DNA from: an uncultured Gammaproteobacteria bacterium
GTDB lineage: Bacteria; Patescibacteriota; Microgenomatia; UBA8517
DNA: 64,000 nt
Reading direction: 5' to 3'
Assembly (NCBI GenBank): GCA_964427735.1
Contig: CAYRUS010000001.1
Location: 290,173 to 354,172 of the forward strand
A program made the translations under genes and the position numbers. How positions within the stretch are numbered: the first letter of the stretch is position 1; each line of letters opens with the position of its first letter. This document shows positions 47,235 through 57,315 of this stretch, piece by piece. The notes under the pieces were generated by a model, which ran no database searches, was not told where the DNA came from, and worked only from the letters and a program-made list of their open reading frames with translations.

Positions 47235-48197
47235 ATGACACAGGGAATTCATCACATCACAGCTATTGCCTCAGACGCACAAAAAACAATTAATTTTTAT
47301 ACAAACATTTTAGGCTTACGACTTGTCAAAAGAACTGTCAATCAGGATGATGTTGGTACATATCACCTGTTTTTTGGAGACAGGCTTGGACATCCCGGAA
47401 TGGATCTGACCTTTTTCATTTTTCGTCCCACAATGCAGGGAAAAAACGGAAATGGTCTTGTTACAAAAATTTCTCTTACTGTACCTGAAGAATCGCTCGA
47501 TTTTTGGTCACAGCGTTTTGAAAAGTTTAATATTAAGCACAATAAAATAAACGAGAGTTTTGGCAGGAAAAGAATTGGCTTTTCTGATTTTGATGATTTA
47601 CAGCTGGAACTTGTAGGTCTCCCGGAGAAAGAGATTGAAGAAAATGCGGATATATGGGAGACCAAAGAGATAACTAAAGAGAATGCAATAAGAAGTTTTT
47701 ATTCTGCGACACTAAGTGTGTCTGATTTAAGTTTTATTGATCCGGTACTAAAACATGTTTATAACTATGAACAAATCCACAAAGACGGCTTCACTTATTT
47801 ATACAAAGTAGCAAGCTCCACAAGGGCAAATATTCTTGAGGTGGTTGCAGATAAATCTGTTGATACTGGAGTACAGGGGGCAGGAGTCGTCCATCATATA
47901 GCTTTTAGGGCAAAAGATGAGAACGAGCAGCGAGAGTTTACGCAAAATGCTCTGAAAATCGGCCTTTACCCCACTCAAGTTATAGACAGGTTTTACTTTA
48001 AATCGGTCTATTTCCGGACACCGGCAGGAATTCTTTTTGAGACAGCAACAGACGAACCCGGATTTACTGCTGATGAGAGCGAAGATGCTCTTGGGGAAAG
48101 ATTAGCTCTCCCTCCTTTTTTGGAAGGTGAAAGGGAAGTGATAGAAAAAAATCTTCCCCCAATTTCTTTTGATTCAATCGCTCTGTATGAACAATAA
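47235..48197 (+). CDS. Ring-cleaving dioxygenase / VOC family (MhqO-like)
   Basis: GIHHIT, TVNQDD, GVVHHIAFR, DRFYFKSVYFR, FETAT. Confidence 0.92.
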   Translation: MTQGIHHITAIASDAQKTINFYTNILGLRLVKRTVNQDDVGTYHLFFGDRLGHPGMDLTFFIFRPTMQGKNGNGLVTKISLTVPEESLDFWSQRFEKFNIKHNKINESFGRKRIGFSDFDDLQLELVGLPEKEIEENADIWETKEITKENAIRSFYSATLSVSDLSFIDPVLKHVYNYEQIHKDGFTYLYKVASSTRANILEVVADKSVDTGVQGAGVVHHIAFRAKDENEQREFTQNALKIGLYPTQVIDRFYFKSVYFRTPAGILFETATDEPGFTADESEDALGERLALPPFLEGEREVIEKNLPPISFDSIALYEQ

Positions 48198-48804
48198 TTC
48201 CGATCTTTTTACTCATACCATTATCGACAATAAAGCTGACAAGACTCTTTTCCTGCTTCATGGCACAGGTGGCACTGAAAATGATTTTCTTTTTTTAGAC
48301 GAGCTTTTGGATAAAAAATATAATTTAGTTGGTTTACGAGGGAACATCGTTGAAAGCGGAATGAGCAGGTTTTTTAAAAGGCATTCTGTAGGAGTGTTTG
48401 ACGAGAAGAGTATTAAAAATGAGTCTGAAAAACTAAGAAAATTTATAAAGAGTTGGATGAGTCTTCACAAAATAAAGATCGATGATTTGGTGTTCCTTGG
48501 TTATTCAAACGGTGCAAACATACTTCTTGCAACACTATTTTATTATCCTGAAGTTATAAAAAATTTAGTTTTACTTCATCCAATGCTTCCGTTTGAACCA
48601 AACACTGATTCGCTTAACTTAACATCTCATACTGCGTTTTTAAGTTATGGAAAAGATGACCACTTGATTTCCGAAGAAGATAGTAAAAAAATTATAAATT
48701 TACTAAGCTCTCTGAATGCAAATCTTACTGTCAAAGAATTTGCCTCCGGACACGAGGTTACGCAGACAGAGATTGATGCAGTCGTTACTTATCTGTCAGT
48801 CTGA
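48187..48804 (+). CDS. Alpha/beta hydrolase (MhqD-like carboxylesterase)
   Basis: LLHGTGG, GYSNGAN, GH. Confidence 0.9.
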   Translation: MNNNSDLFTHTIIDNKADKTLFLLHGTGGTENDFLFLDELLDKKYNLVGLRGNIVESGMSRFFKRHSVGVFDEKSIKNESEKLRKFIKSWMSLHKIKIDDLVFLGYSNGANILLATLFYYPEVIKNLVLLHPMLPFEPNTDSLNLTSHTAFLSYGKDDHLISEEDSKKIINLLSSLNANLTVKEFASGHEVTQTEIDAVVTYLSV

Positions 48805-48828
48805 CTACAATGCTTCAGAATTTGTCTC

Positions 48829-48883
48829 AATCTTCGGGTAAATGTTGGTTTTATGCTTCACATAGGTGAAGATAACAATATGT
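48829..48883 (+). repeat. 55-bp direct repeat, copy 1
   Basis: 49/55 identical to 56349-56403 by hand alignment. Confidence 0.9.
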
Positions 48884-49235
48884 ACGATGAGCATAAAAGA
48901 AAAGTAACTTTGGGCTGTAGCAAATGTTCTCCGCGGGAAAATGAATGCCGATGAATACAAAAACTACATTCTTGGTTTTATCTTCTACAAATATCTTTCA
49001 GAAAGGCTATCCAAATATGTAAATGACAAACTCCTTGCAAGCGAAAATTATAGTTTCGAGGAGATCAAAGAAAATACCAAAAAAGGGAAAGAAATAATCG
49101 AAGCCGTCAAGCAAGCCTGTCTGGGTCATCTGGGCTATTTCCTGAATCCTTCAGAACTTTTTCACTATCTGGTCAAAAAAGGAAATAACGAAATAAAGGC
49201 AGAGGAAAACTTTATTCTTGAAGATCTTAAAAAGT
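48880..49235 (+). pseudogene. hsdM: Type I restriction-modification HsdM N-terminal remnant
   Basis: LWAVANVLRGKMNADEYKNYILGFIFYKYLSE; frameshift after the first codons; truncated before the catalytic motifs. Confidence 0.8.
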
Positions 49236-49470
49236 CAATCAAAACAGCAATTCATACTAATTGCCTACAGCTAAATAAAAAAATAAAAGCCCAAGCAATG
49301 CAAAGACGACCATTTCGTGCTTTTCGTACTTTGGTGCATCCCAAAATGACCTACTTGTGTAAACCAGTTTTTTACTCCTTTAAGTTGCAGATAGTCCCTG
49401 TAAATATGAATAAAACAAAAAGCTGATAGCAAGAAAAAACCAAAGGAACTTTTTTATAATAATACAAAAT

Positions 49471-50355
49471 CTAATACTGTCTTGTTCTATGAGTTTTGGG
49501 GAGACGCTTTTGACTTTTATTCCAGGTATTATACTTACCTTTAATTTTTTCTAATTGCTTTTGGTTGGCTAATTTTTCAAATACTCGGGAAATATGTAAC
49601 CAATCTTCATCACTTAAATCTTTAATTGTCATCCCCTTTTTATTTAAATCTTCTACGATCTTTTGTGCTTGTTTTCGGGTAAAAACCCTGCCTAAGTTGT
49701 CCTCTAAAGTATCATTCTTTTGGTGATATGTAAATATATGGGCTATCAAATCCTTCGCAACAACAGACCCCTCTCCTCTAACTTTTTTAAATTCTACTAA
49801 TGCAGCATCTGTTTTTGGTCTTGGTTCAAACTTATCTCTAGGGATTCTTTCTAAGACATTTCTCTCCCATCCCTCAATTGCTAATAATGCTGATACAAGA
49901 GTAGCTGCAGGTTTACCTACAAATTTTTCTGCTGCCGCCTCTTGCAATATTAGGTATGCTGCTTTTAGATTCTCATAAGAGCCTTCTAAAAATAGCATGT
50001 CTATTAATCGGCGGGTGTGATTAAAAGGAGGATTCCCAACCACTACAAGGCTTTCATATTTTCTCAAATTTTGTTTAAAAAAATCACCGTGAACAATTTC
50101 TACTTTCTCATCATCTGAAAATTTTTGTTTAAGTAAATTTGCTAAACGCTTATCCAGTTCAATACCAACAACTCTTTCGGACATCTCTGCAATGGCTTCT
50201 GTGATAGCTCCTTTTCCTGGGCCAATTTCTACTACTGTATGTCCCTTACTAATATCTGTACGCCGAAACAATCCCAAAGTATATTCCCGACTTTTAAGAA
50301 AGTTTTGGGATATGTCTAGTTTGTTTGGCATTTTCCCATGACTTAACCTCTCCAT
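49471..50355 (-). CDS. rRNA adenine N6-dimethyltransferase, Erm-like
   Basis: SQNFL, EIGPGKGAIT, NPPF, F.P.P..D. Confidence 0.85.
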   Translation of the reverse strand: MERLSHGKMPNKLDISQNFLKSREYTLGLFRRTDISKGHTVVEIGPGKGAITEAIAEMSERVVGIELDKRLANLLKQKFSDDEKVEIVHGDFFKQNLRKYESLVVVGNPPFNHTRRLIDMLFLEGSYENLKAAYLILQEAAAEKFVGKPAATLVSALLAIEGWERNVLERIPRDKFEPRPKTDAALVEFKKVRGEGSVVAKDLIAHIFTYHQKNDTLEDNLGRVFTRKQAQKIVEDLNKKGMTIKDLSDEDWLHISRVFEKLANQKQLEKIKGKYNTWNKSQKRLPKTHRTRQY

Positions 50356-50440
50356 TTTAAATACCTATTAATATAGTATATAATATAAAAGTGTCTTATA
50401 ATATTCAGGCAGGTTCTACTTGATACCATTATACTAAATT

Positions 50441-51022
50441 ATGTCAGAAATAAAAAATGCTACAGGATTATTTCATAAAGTTCATAGGTTTCTAAGCGAG
50501 ATGGATGCCAGATACTGGTCTGGTTTCTTAGGACAACTACCAACTGATGCTAGATCTAAGACATATACAAAATATTTAAAATTAGCAGGTGCTCAAATTG
50601 GAGAAAATTCATATATACACCACCGAGTAAAAATATGGCGTCCTGAAAACATAGTCATCGGTAAGGGAGTTAGAATTCCAGCTAGTACAGATATGGCAGG
50701 GATGGGTCGCATAACTATTGGAGATTACACATTAGTGGGAGCAAATGTTAGCTTTATTACCAACAATCATCCTTTAGAAGATGAAAGTCTTTCCTGGCAA
50801 GAAGTAATGATTGGTTCTCAACAGGACATTATTATAGGCAAGTATTGCTGGCTTATGAATAATTCTACAATTATAGCCGGAAAAAACGGTTTAGTAGTTA
50901 ACGATTATTCATGGATTGCCTCAGGTGCTTTAGTTGTAAAAGATATTCCAGAAGCTCAACTTTGGGGTGGCGTTCCTGCTGCATATATACGCAATGTGCA
51001 CAAAAGAGAAACAGCAATATGA
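50441..51022 (+). CDS. Left-handed beta-helix acyltransferase
   Basis: Hexapeptide repeats, TNNH, GALVVKDIP...GGVPA. Confidence 0.88.
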   Translation: MSEIKNATGLFHKVHRFLSEMDARYWSGFLGQLPTDARSKTYTKYLKLAGAQIGENSYIHHRVKIWRPENIVIGKGVRIPASTDMAGMGRITIGDYTLVGANVSFITNNHPLEDESLSWQEVMIGSQQDIIIGKYCWLMNNSTIIAGKNGLVVNDYSWIASGALVVKDIPEAQLWGGVPAAYIRNVHKRETAI

Positions 51023-51786
51023 AAACTTTAAATTCAAAAAATATTTTGATCGTGGGGGCTTCTTCTCAATTGGGGCAATTAGTTTTTCAAGAACTTCTTG
51101 ACAATAACACCAATATAATCCTCTCCTCACGTAGAACTTCAGAAATACAATCTGCTATAGATTCAACTAGCATTCCAACCAAAGCTAGTGTGGACGTCTA
51201 TCCTGTTGATATTTCCGACCAAAATTCAATTAATGATTTGGTCAAATTTGTTAATAACCGCTTTTCAAAACTAGATATACTAATAAATTTATCAGGGATT
51301 GTATCCTATAAGCCAATACACGAATTAACTAATAAGGAAGTTGATATTACAATTCAAACTAACCTTGTAGGTCCTATTCTTCTTTTGAAATCCTTTCTAC
51401 CACTTATGCAGCCATCAAATTATAAAGTAATTGCTCAAATAGGCTCACTTGCCGGAGCTCGGGTGGGACACAAAAACTTCTCCATATACTCCGCAGCAAA
51501 AGAGGGTCTCATTGGCTTTTTCAGATCTTTGGTTCCAGAGCTAGAGCCACTTGGATATAAATTACTCCTCATAAGACCTGCAGGTTTTAATTCAAAAGCC
51601 CCTTTTAATGCTATCGGTGCAAATAAACTCGTAGAAAAATTCAAAAAATCAAAATTGGACTCTATCTCTAATGTTGCAAGCGGGATTGTTACTGCAATAC
51701 AGCATCCTAATTTGAATTCCTTCGAGGAAAAATTTATGGTTTTTCCTACAGAGTTGTCCAAATCTCTATATTATGGCAATAAATAA
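51019..51786 (+). CDS. Short-chain dehydrogenase/reductase
   Basis: GASSQLG, YSAAK. Confidence 0.88.
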   Translation: MKTLNSKNILIVGASSQLGQLVFQELLDNNTNIILSSRRTSEIQSAIDSTSIPTKASVDVYPVDISDQNSINDLVKFVNNRFSKLDILINLSGIVSYKPIHELTNKEVDITIQTNLVGPILLLKSFLPLMQPSNYKVIAQIGSLAGARVGHKNFSIYSAAKEGLIGFFRSLVPELEPLGYKLLLIRPAGFNSKAPFNAIGANKLVEKFKKSKLDSISNVASGIVTAIQHPNLNSFEEKFMVFPTELSKSLYYGNK

Positions 51787-53101
51787 GCAAACCAACACAA
51801 TACTTTTTGTCAGTCAATCTTTTTATCCTGCTGTAGGAGGAGTATCTACGCTTTTACTTAATGTGGCAGACTTTATTCAGAAAAAAGGTTATCGAATTCA
51901 TACGATTCACTTTGAAATCCCTGGGGCAGATAAAGAATTGAAGATTAGTGGTATACCCATAACACAACATGTGATTCCTAGTGAATTAATGTCTGATTCC
52001 ATAAAAAAGGGATATGCGGACTTTAAAGAAATTATTTACGGTCATTTACATGGTCTCAAAGATTTTCCTTATAGCAACATTCAAGAAGTCCCTGGTTATG
52101 AAGATTTCATATCAGTATCCGAACTGTTTCTCAAACAAGTTTGTCGCGTAATATCTGAAGAAAATATTGATATTGTTCATCTACATGATTACCAGGTAAT
52201 TGGATGTCTTTCTGCCCTACCTGTCGGTGTCAAATCAGTATTTAGTTTACATGCACCTTTATTAAAAAATGTTAATCCGGTAGTATCAAATTGGTTAGTA
52301 AAATACTTAAACAAAGCAAACGCACTGGTATTTTCAGTAGATGAATATTCTCAGACAGCAATTGAAGTAGGTTTACCTAAAGAAAAAATTAGTACCTTGC
52401 CGCCTATCATAGATCCTAAGATTATGGATATTAATTCTGATACCCCTATTCCTCCTTTATCTAAAATCTCCAAAAATGATATTGTTATCACTTGTGTACA
52501 AAGATTTGATTCAAAATCCGGTCAGTATCAGCTAGTATCTGCATTTTCTGAAATTACAAATCGCCACCCTAACGCTCGCCTATTACTTGTTGGTGGTCCT
52601 TCCTTTACTGATTCAATTTCCTCTGTCCGTCAAAGATATTATAGCGAAGTTGTTGACCTGATAGGTAAACTTGGATTAAAAGACAAAGTGATTTTAGCTG
52701 GAAATGTCGATTATCTAGATTTACCCCGGGTTTACCGGAGATCTGATATCGTGGTTATGCTTTCAAAGATGGAGTGCTTTGGGTTAGCTGTATCCGAGGC
52801 CATGTACCATGGAAAACCTGTTGTAGTAACAGATGTAGGTGGTTTAGCTTATCAAGTTAAGCATGGATACAATGGTTTTCGTGTCAAACCTCGCAATATA
52901 CCTAATACTGCTAAATATTTAGATCTGTTAGTAAGCGATGTAAAACTTCAAACTAAAATGGGTAACAATGGAAAGAAATTTTTCAATCGTTACCTGGATC
53001 CTAGAGTTATTATGCCCAAGTATGTACAAATTTATTCTCGAATATTACGTGGTAAAAACCCTGTTGGGGGATACGATTATCTATACAATCAAATCCGTTA
53101 A
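51773..53101 (+). CDS. Glycosyltransferase family 4
   Basis: HDYQ, RFD..SG, ECFGLAVSEAM..GKPVV. Confidence 0.9.
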   Translation: MAINKQTNTILFVSQSFYPAVGGVSTLLLNVADFIQKKGYRIHTIHFEIPGADKELKISGIPITQHVIPSELMSDSIKKGYADFKEIIYGHLHGLKDFPYSNIQEVPGYEDFISVSELFLKQVCRVISEENIDIVHLHDYQVIGCLSALPVGVKSVFSLHAPLLKNVNPVVSNWLVKYLNKANALVFSVDEYSQTAIEVGLPKEKISTLPPIIDPKIMDINSDTPIPPLSKISKNDIVITCVQRFDSKSGQYQLVSAFSEITNRHPNARLLLVGGPSFTDSISSVRQRYYSEVVDLIGKLGLKDKVILAGNVDYLDLPRVYRRSDIVVMLSKMECFGLAVSEAMYHGKPVVVTDVGGLAYQVKHGYNGFRVKPRNIPNTAKYLDLLVSDVKLQTKMGNNGKKFFNRYLDPRVIMPKYVQIYSRILRGKNPVGGYDYLYNQIR

Positions 53102-53106
53102 CTATT

Positions 53107-53853
53107 ATGAAAATAATATCAGGAACAATTGCTCGCAATGCTCAAGATCTAATAACTGCAATGGTACAATCATTATCGTGGGTAGATGAAATCGTTATTA
53201 TGAACGATCATAGTACTGACAATACAGTTAATGTGTTAGAAAGTTTATCAGCATCCACACCTCTTGAATTGCCCAATATCCATATAGTTCATCCATTCTC
53301 CCACCGAACTATGATGGATTTAAATCCAGACGGCACGCGCGACATTTCACACGAGATGGAAGTTAGAAATTTATTTATAGATTTATTGTTTAATAAATTT
53401 GCACCAGATGCAGTGCTTTTGGTTGACTCTGACGAACTAATAAGCTCTAAACTTAGACAAATAATCGAAAAAGCACATAGAGACAACTTTGCCTCTGTTG
53501 CTTTTAACTGTATACACTTGTTTGACGAGAACCACTATCTACATGTCTATGAAAACGAGTGGAATGGCGTTAATATGGTCGACCCACATGTACGTGTATT
53601 ATTTAAAAAAATCAAATATCAAAGAGGTGAGTGGGAAGATGTTCCTGATTGTTTTATAAAGCCTACTTCAAAGACCTGTTGTGTCAACGGACCATATCAC
53701 TATCATTTAAAATACCTCAATAGATTAGGACTCCCAAACTATTCATTCAGATTTCTTCCACGATACCTTACAAAAGACAACTCGAAGGAATACATTAGAA
53801 AGCTTGTATATCCGATCCCGAAAGATTTAATTTCAATAATTAATAACATTTAA
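53107..53853 (+). CDS. Glycosyltransferase family 2-like
   Basis: NDHSTDNT, VDSDE. Confidence 0.8.
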   Translation: MKIISGTIARNAQDLITAMVQSLSWVDEIVIMNDHSTDNTVNVLESLSASTPLELPNIHIVHPFSHRTMMDLNPDGTRDISHEMEVRNLFIDLLFNKFAPDAVLLVDSDELISSKLRQIIEKAHRDNFASVAFNCIHLFDENHYLHVYENEWNGVNMVDPHVRVLFKKIKYQRGEWEDVPDCFIKPTSKTCCVNGPYHYHLKYLNRLGLPNYSFRFLPRYLTKDNSKEYIRKLVYPIPKDLISIINNI

Positions 53854-53856
53854 ACT

Positions 53857-54423
53857 ATGCCATATTCAGACCCTAGATTCGATAATAAAATTTTAGACTT
53901 TTTAAAACAAAATAAGTCTGGAAATTATCTTGATATCGGCCCCGGGGCAGGTAAATACGGGAAAATGATAAGAAGCATAACTCACACAGCTAGTATTTTA
54001 GCCGTAGAAGCTGAATCATCATATATAGACCTTTTCAATCTAAAAGAAATATACGATGAAGTTATTAATATGAGAATTGAGGATTTTGTTCGTGAAAATC
54101 CCGGATTTTCTACAGATATTGTAATCATTGGCGATTGCCTGGAGCATTTACCAAAAAGCAATGGATTAGATTTGATACATTATCTCATGTACCGTTCTCG
54201 TTTTATCATTATTACTTTTCCTAGCAAGTATATTCAATACGATTGGGATGGAGTATCTTCAGAAGCTCATTACTCTGTCTGGTCACGCGAGGATTTTCTT
54301 CCTTTCAAACACCAGTATTTCAATCAACATTATATGAATTTAGTTATTCTGAATGGATTTTTGAGTGATCCAGAAAGTATCTATCCACCTACACCAGAAG
54401 AAGTAAAAGCTGCAAATTCCTAG
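53857..54423 (+). CDS. Class I SAM-dependent methyltransferase
   Basis: LDIGPGAG, GDCLEH. Confidence 0.85.
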   Translation: MPYSDPRFDNKILDFLKQNKSGNYLDIGPGAGKYGKMIRSITHTASILAVEAESSYIDLFNLKEIYDEVINMRIEDFVRENPGFSTDIVIIGDCLEHLPKSNGLDLIHYLMYRSRFIIITFPSKYIQYDWDGVSSEAHYSVWSREDFLPFKHQYFNQHYMNLVILNGFLSDPESIYPPTPEEVKAANS

Positions 54424-55592
54424 TGACCAATTTCATCGAGGCTGTTTGCAAGTTGTTTGCGAAAACCAAAATAAGAAAAATGCTTTCTTATGTAGTATGA
54501 TCCTGCTTTACTTTTACGATCTAATTCTTTTCTATTTGATAATAAATTTAAAACAGCCTGAGCGTAGTCCTCAATTGTACCATCAATTACTAATCCACCA
54601 CCAGACTTTGCAATAATAGAGTCAGACCCTCCACATTTTGTTATTACTACCGGTAATCCCGATGCCATTGCTTCCAAGGTGGAAATGCCCAAACCCTCTT
54701 GAATGGGAGTAGCTGCAAATAAGTGTGCTTTCTTAAGTATTCTTGGCAATTCATGGCGTTCTAAAAAAGGCAATACATTAACCTGTTCATTTAATCCTAA
54801 ATTTTTTACGAAATTCTTTATTGAATTGTTTGGATTGTCTCCAACAAGTATCAATTTAGCTGTAGGTATGCTATTTAATACTAATTTGAATGATTCCAAC
54901 AAAAATTTTATGTTTTTTCTAGGATCATCAAGTCTACCGGTATAAATGATTCTAGGGTCACCTTCAGGTAAGGGACTGTAGGAAAATAGTTCAAATTCAA
55001 TTGGAGGATTTAAAACTTCTATCTGATCACTGCCTAATCCAAATGTTCTAGCAATTTTATCTGCTGTATAGTCACTTAGTGCAAATATCTTTTCTGCACC
55101 TTTATATACCTGCCCTTCCAATTTCTCGAGTTTGCTCCACAATTTACTCATCCTCAGTCGTTGAGCAGGTTCGTCACCGATAAGGGAATTATATTTTGAT
55201 TCTAATTCGTCTGAGTACAAAGTGGCTGTCCAAAGAAAGTACGGCTTACCGCTCATAAGTAGTGGCAGGGCAGTGTGTGAAGTTGCCAAAACAGCTAAAG
55301 AAACATCGGTTTTTTTAGGTATATATTTGGCTTTCAAACCAAATATTTGGTGGTGTAAGTAAGGATTATCATCAAACTTAGGATAAGCAGTAGTTGGTAC
55401 TACAGAATAGTTTAAACTGTTAACTTGTCTCTTATAACTGCCCTTAAACATATTCAGTCCTGGATTATAATCTGGCATTACCAAATTTACATAATAGCCA
55501 GAATCAGTTATAGCACTGATTGCATCATCGATCATTGTTTTTATCCCACCTCCCCAAGAGTAAGGACTGGTAATAACAGTACATTGCTTCAT
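54420..55592 (-). CDS. Glycosyltransferase family 4
   Basis: GRLDDPRKN, EGLGISTLEAMASGLPVV. Confidence 0.9.
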   Translation of the reverse strand: MKQCTVITSPYSWGGGIKTMIDDAISAITDSGYYVNLVMPDYNPGLNMFKGSYKRQVNSLNYSVVPTTAYPKFDDNPYLHHQIFGLKAKYIPKKTDVSLAVLATSHTALPLLMSGKPYFLWTATLYSDELESKYNSLIGDEPAQRLRMSKLWSKLEKLEGQVYKGAEKIFALSDYTADKIARTFGLGSDQIEVLNPPIEFELFSYSPLPEGDPRIIYTGRLDDPRKNIKFLLESFKLVLNSIPTAKLILVGDNPNNSIKNFVKNLGLNEQVNVLPFLERHELPRILKKAHLFAATPIQEGLGISTLEAMASGLPVVITKCGGSDSIIAKSGGGLVIDGTIEDYAQAVLNLLSNRKELDRKSKAGSYYIRKHFSYFGFRKQLANSLDEIGH

Positions 55593-55611
55593 AACCTGTT
55601 AGAATATTAAC

Positions 55612-56361
55612 ATGACTCATATAGTATCCGCTATATTCATGGATGTAGACGGCACTTTGGTAACTAGAAACTCTACTTCAATGCCATCTCCTGCAGTGAC
55701 CAACTCAGTAATTCAAATAAGCAAACAATTGCCAACAGGTTTGATTACAGCCCGTTCAATACAAAAAGCAGAATATTTGACTGAGGGACTGAATTTATCC
55801 GGTATTTCTGTAATGATAAATGGGTCACAGATTCTAGATCATCGCTCAGGTAGAATTATAGGAGACTATATTATCAATCCTAATAAAGTACAACAGATTC
55901 TGTCTGCTATTGGTGATATGAATCTGGAAATCTTTGTTCAAAGTGATGGGGACGACAACCAATATTATCCAGGTTTTACACCAATTGAGTCAAATATTAT
56001 CTGGACTTCAAAAACCACTATTTCTCAATTTAAACGAATAAATAACCGTTTAAATAATCTCAAAGATATTAAGGTTGAATTGGGTCATCAACATTCAGAT
56101 AATTTGTATGATATTTTCATTACTCCTCTTGAATCAGGTAAAGCCAATGCGTTCAAAACGGCTATCTCAAAATTACAGGTAGATGCGAAAAATGTCATGT
56201 ATATTGGAGATGGTATTAATGATATTCAGGTAATGAAATTGTGTGGTATTAAGGTTGCAATGGGCAATGCTGTGGACGAACTAAAAGAGATTGCAGACTA
56301 TGTTGTTTCTACTTGTGATAATGATGGAGTGGCAGAAGCTTTAAATATAATCTTCGGGTAA
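55612..56361 (+). CDS. Cof-type HAD hydrolase
   Basis: DVDGTL, TAR, K, GDGIND, AMGNA. Confidence 0.9.
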   Translation: MTHIVSAIFMDVDGTLVTRNSTSMPSPAVTNSVIQISKQLPTGLITARSIQKAEYLTEGLNLSGISVMINGSQILDHRSGRIIGDYIINPNKVQQILSAIGDMNLEIFVQSDGDDNQYYPGFTPIESNIIWTSKTTISQFKRINNRLNNLKDIKVELGHQHSDNLYDIFITPLESGKANAFKTAISKLQVDAKNVMYIGDGINDIQVMKLCGIKVAMGNAVDELKEIADYVVSTCDNDGVAEALNIIFG

Positions 56362-56403
56362 ATGTTGGTTTTTGGTTTCACATAGGGTAAAATAACAATA
56401 TGT
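56349..56403 (+). repeat. 55-bp direct repeat, copy 2
   Basis: Matches 48829-48883; contains the HAD stop codon and the next ATG. Confidence 0.9.
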
Positions 56404-56969
56404 CCTTAAAAAAAGAAATTTCCGAAGAAATAAATCGGAGAAAAGAACAAAGACTTCGTGAACAAAAGAAAGATGAAAAAGAGGAAAAACAAAAACAACT
56501 CGACCTAGAAAGAAGACTAAAGTTGATGGGACTGTACCTCAAGACAAGCAACGCAGAAAATCTACTAACTCAAGTTAACCAACAATATCTAGATGGTAAA
56601 GGTGAACTTATAAAAACTGCAGAAATACAAACATATGAAGTTACCGACTATGATGATTGGTCAAAACGCACTTATGAAGTGACAAAGCCAGTTGTAGGTA
56701 TTCGTTTATCTTGGATTGCACAACAGGGAGCAGAAGAGAAAGAGTGCTTCATAGGCGTTTCTGTAAATTGTGAACCTAGCCGATTTGATGGTAAACCTCA
56801 TTATATGAGTATTAATGTTTACAATGATTTACCTGTGTCGGCCGATGAAAATAATAGTATTCACGATTACGAAACAAAAATGAAATGGAAATCACTTGCA
56901 ATAATAAGGTTAGTAAGAAAATCTATTGCAAGAAGAGTTGTAGACCACATCGAAGCAGGACTCATTTAA
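56400..56969 (+). CDS. Hypothetical protein with N-terminal coiled coil
   Basis: 189-aa ORF starting inside the repeat. Confidence 0.7.
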   Translation: MSLKKEISEEINRRKEQRLREQKKDEKEEKQKQLDLERRLKLMGLYLKTSNAENLLTQVNQQYLDGKGELIKTAEIQTYEVTDYDDWSKRTYEVTKPVVGIRLSWIAQQGAEEKECFIGVSVNCEPSRFDGKPHYMSINVYNDLPVSADENNSIHDYETKMKWKSLAIIRLVRKSIARRVVDHIEAGLI

Positions 56970-57315
56970 AACTGTTAAACAATTTCACCAAAATCCCATA
57001 TCTTTGCCATAATAAAGCAACTGAGGATAAAATAGTATATGACCGATGAGCAAAGTATATAAAAATTTGGTTAAATACAGATGTTGAAAAATTTAGAAAA
57101 TTATGACACATCAAGAGCAAGCTAAAGAAAAAAACCAATGGATGAGATTTAAATAAAAGATCTTTGATATAGAAATACCTCCAGAGGTTGCCAAGCTGTT
57201 CAACCGAGACCTCCACATGATTATTAGACCACTTAGTGAGCCTATAAAAATTGTAAACTGATTATAAAAGATGTACTCTCTTATAAAGGATATAATTATT
57301 AACCTTCAAGTATAA

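Noticed and set aside
48941-49426. Functional type I R-M system
   Set aside because: hsdM is frameshifted and truncated; no hsdS or hsdR
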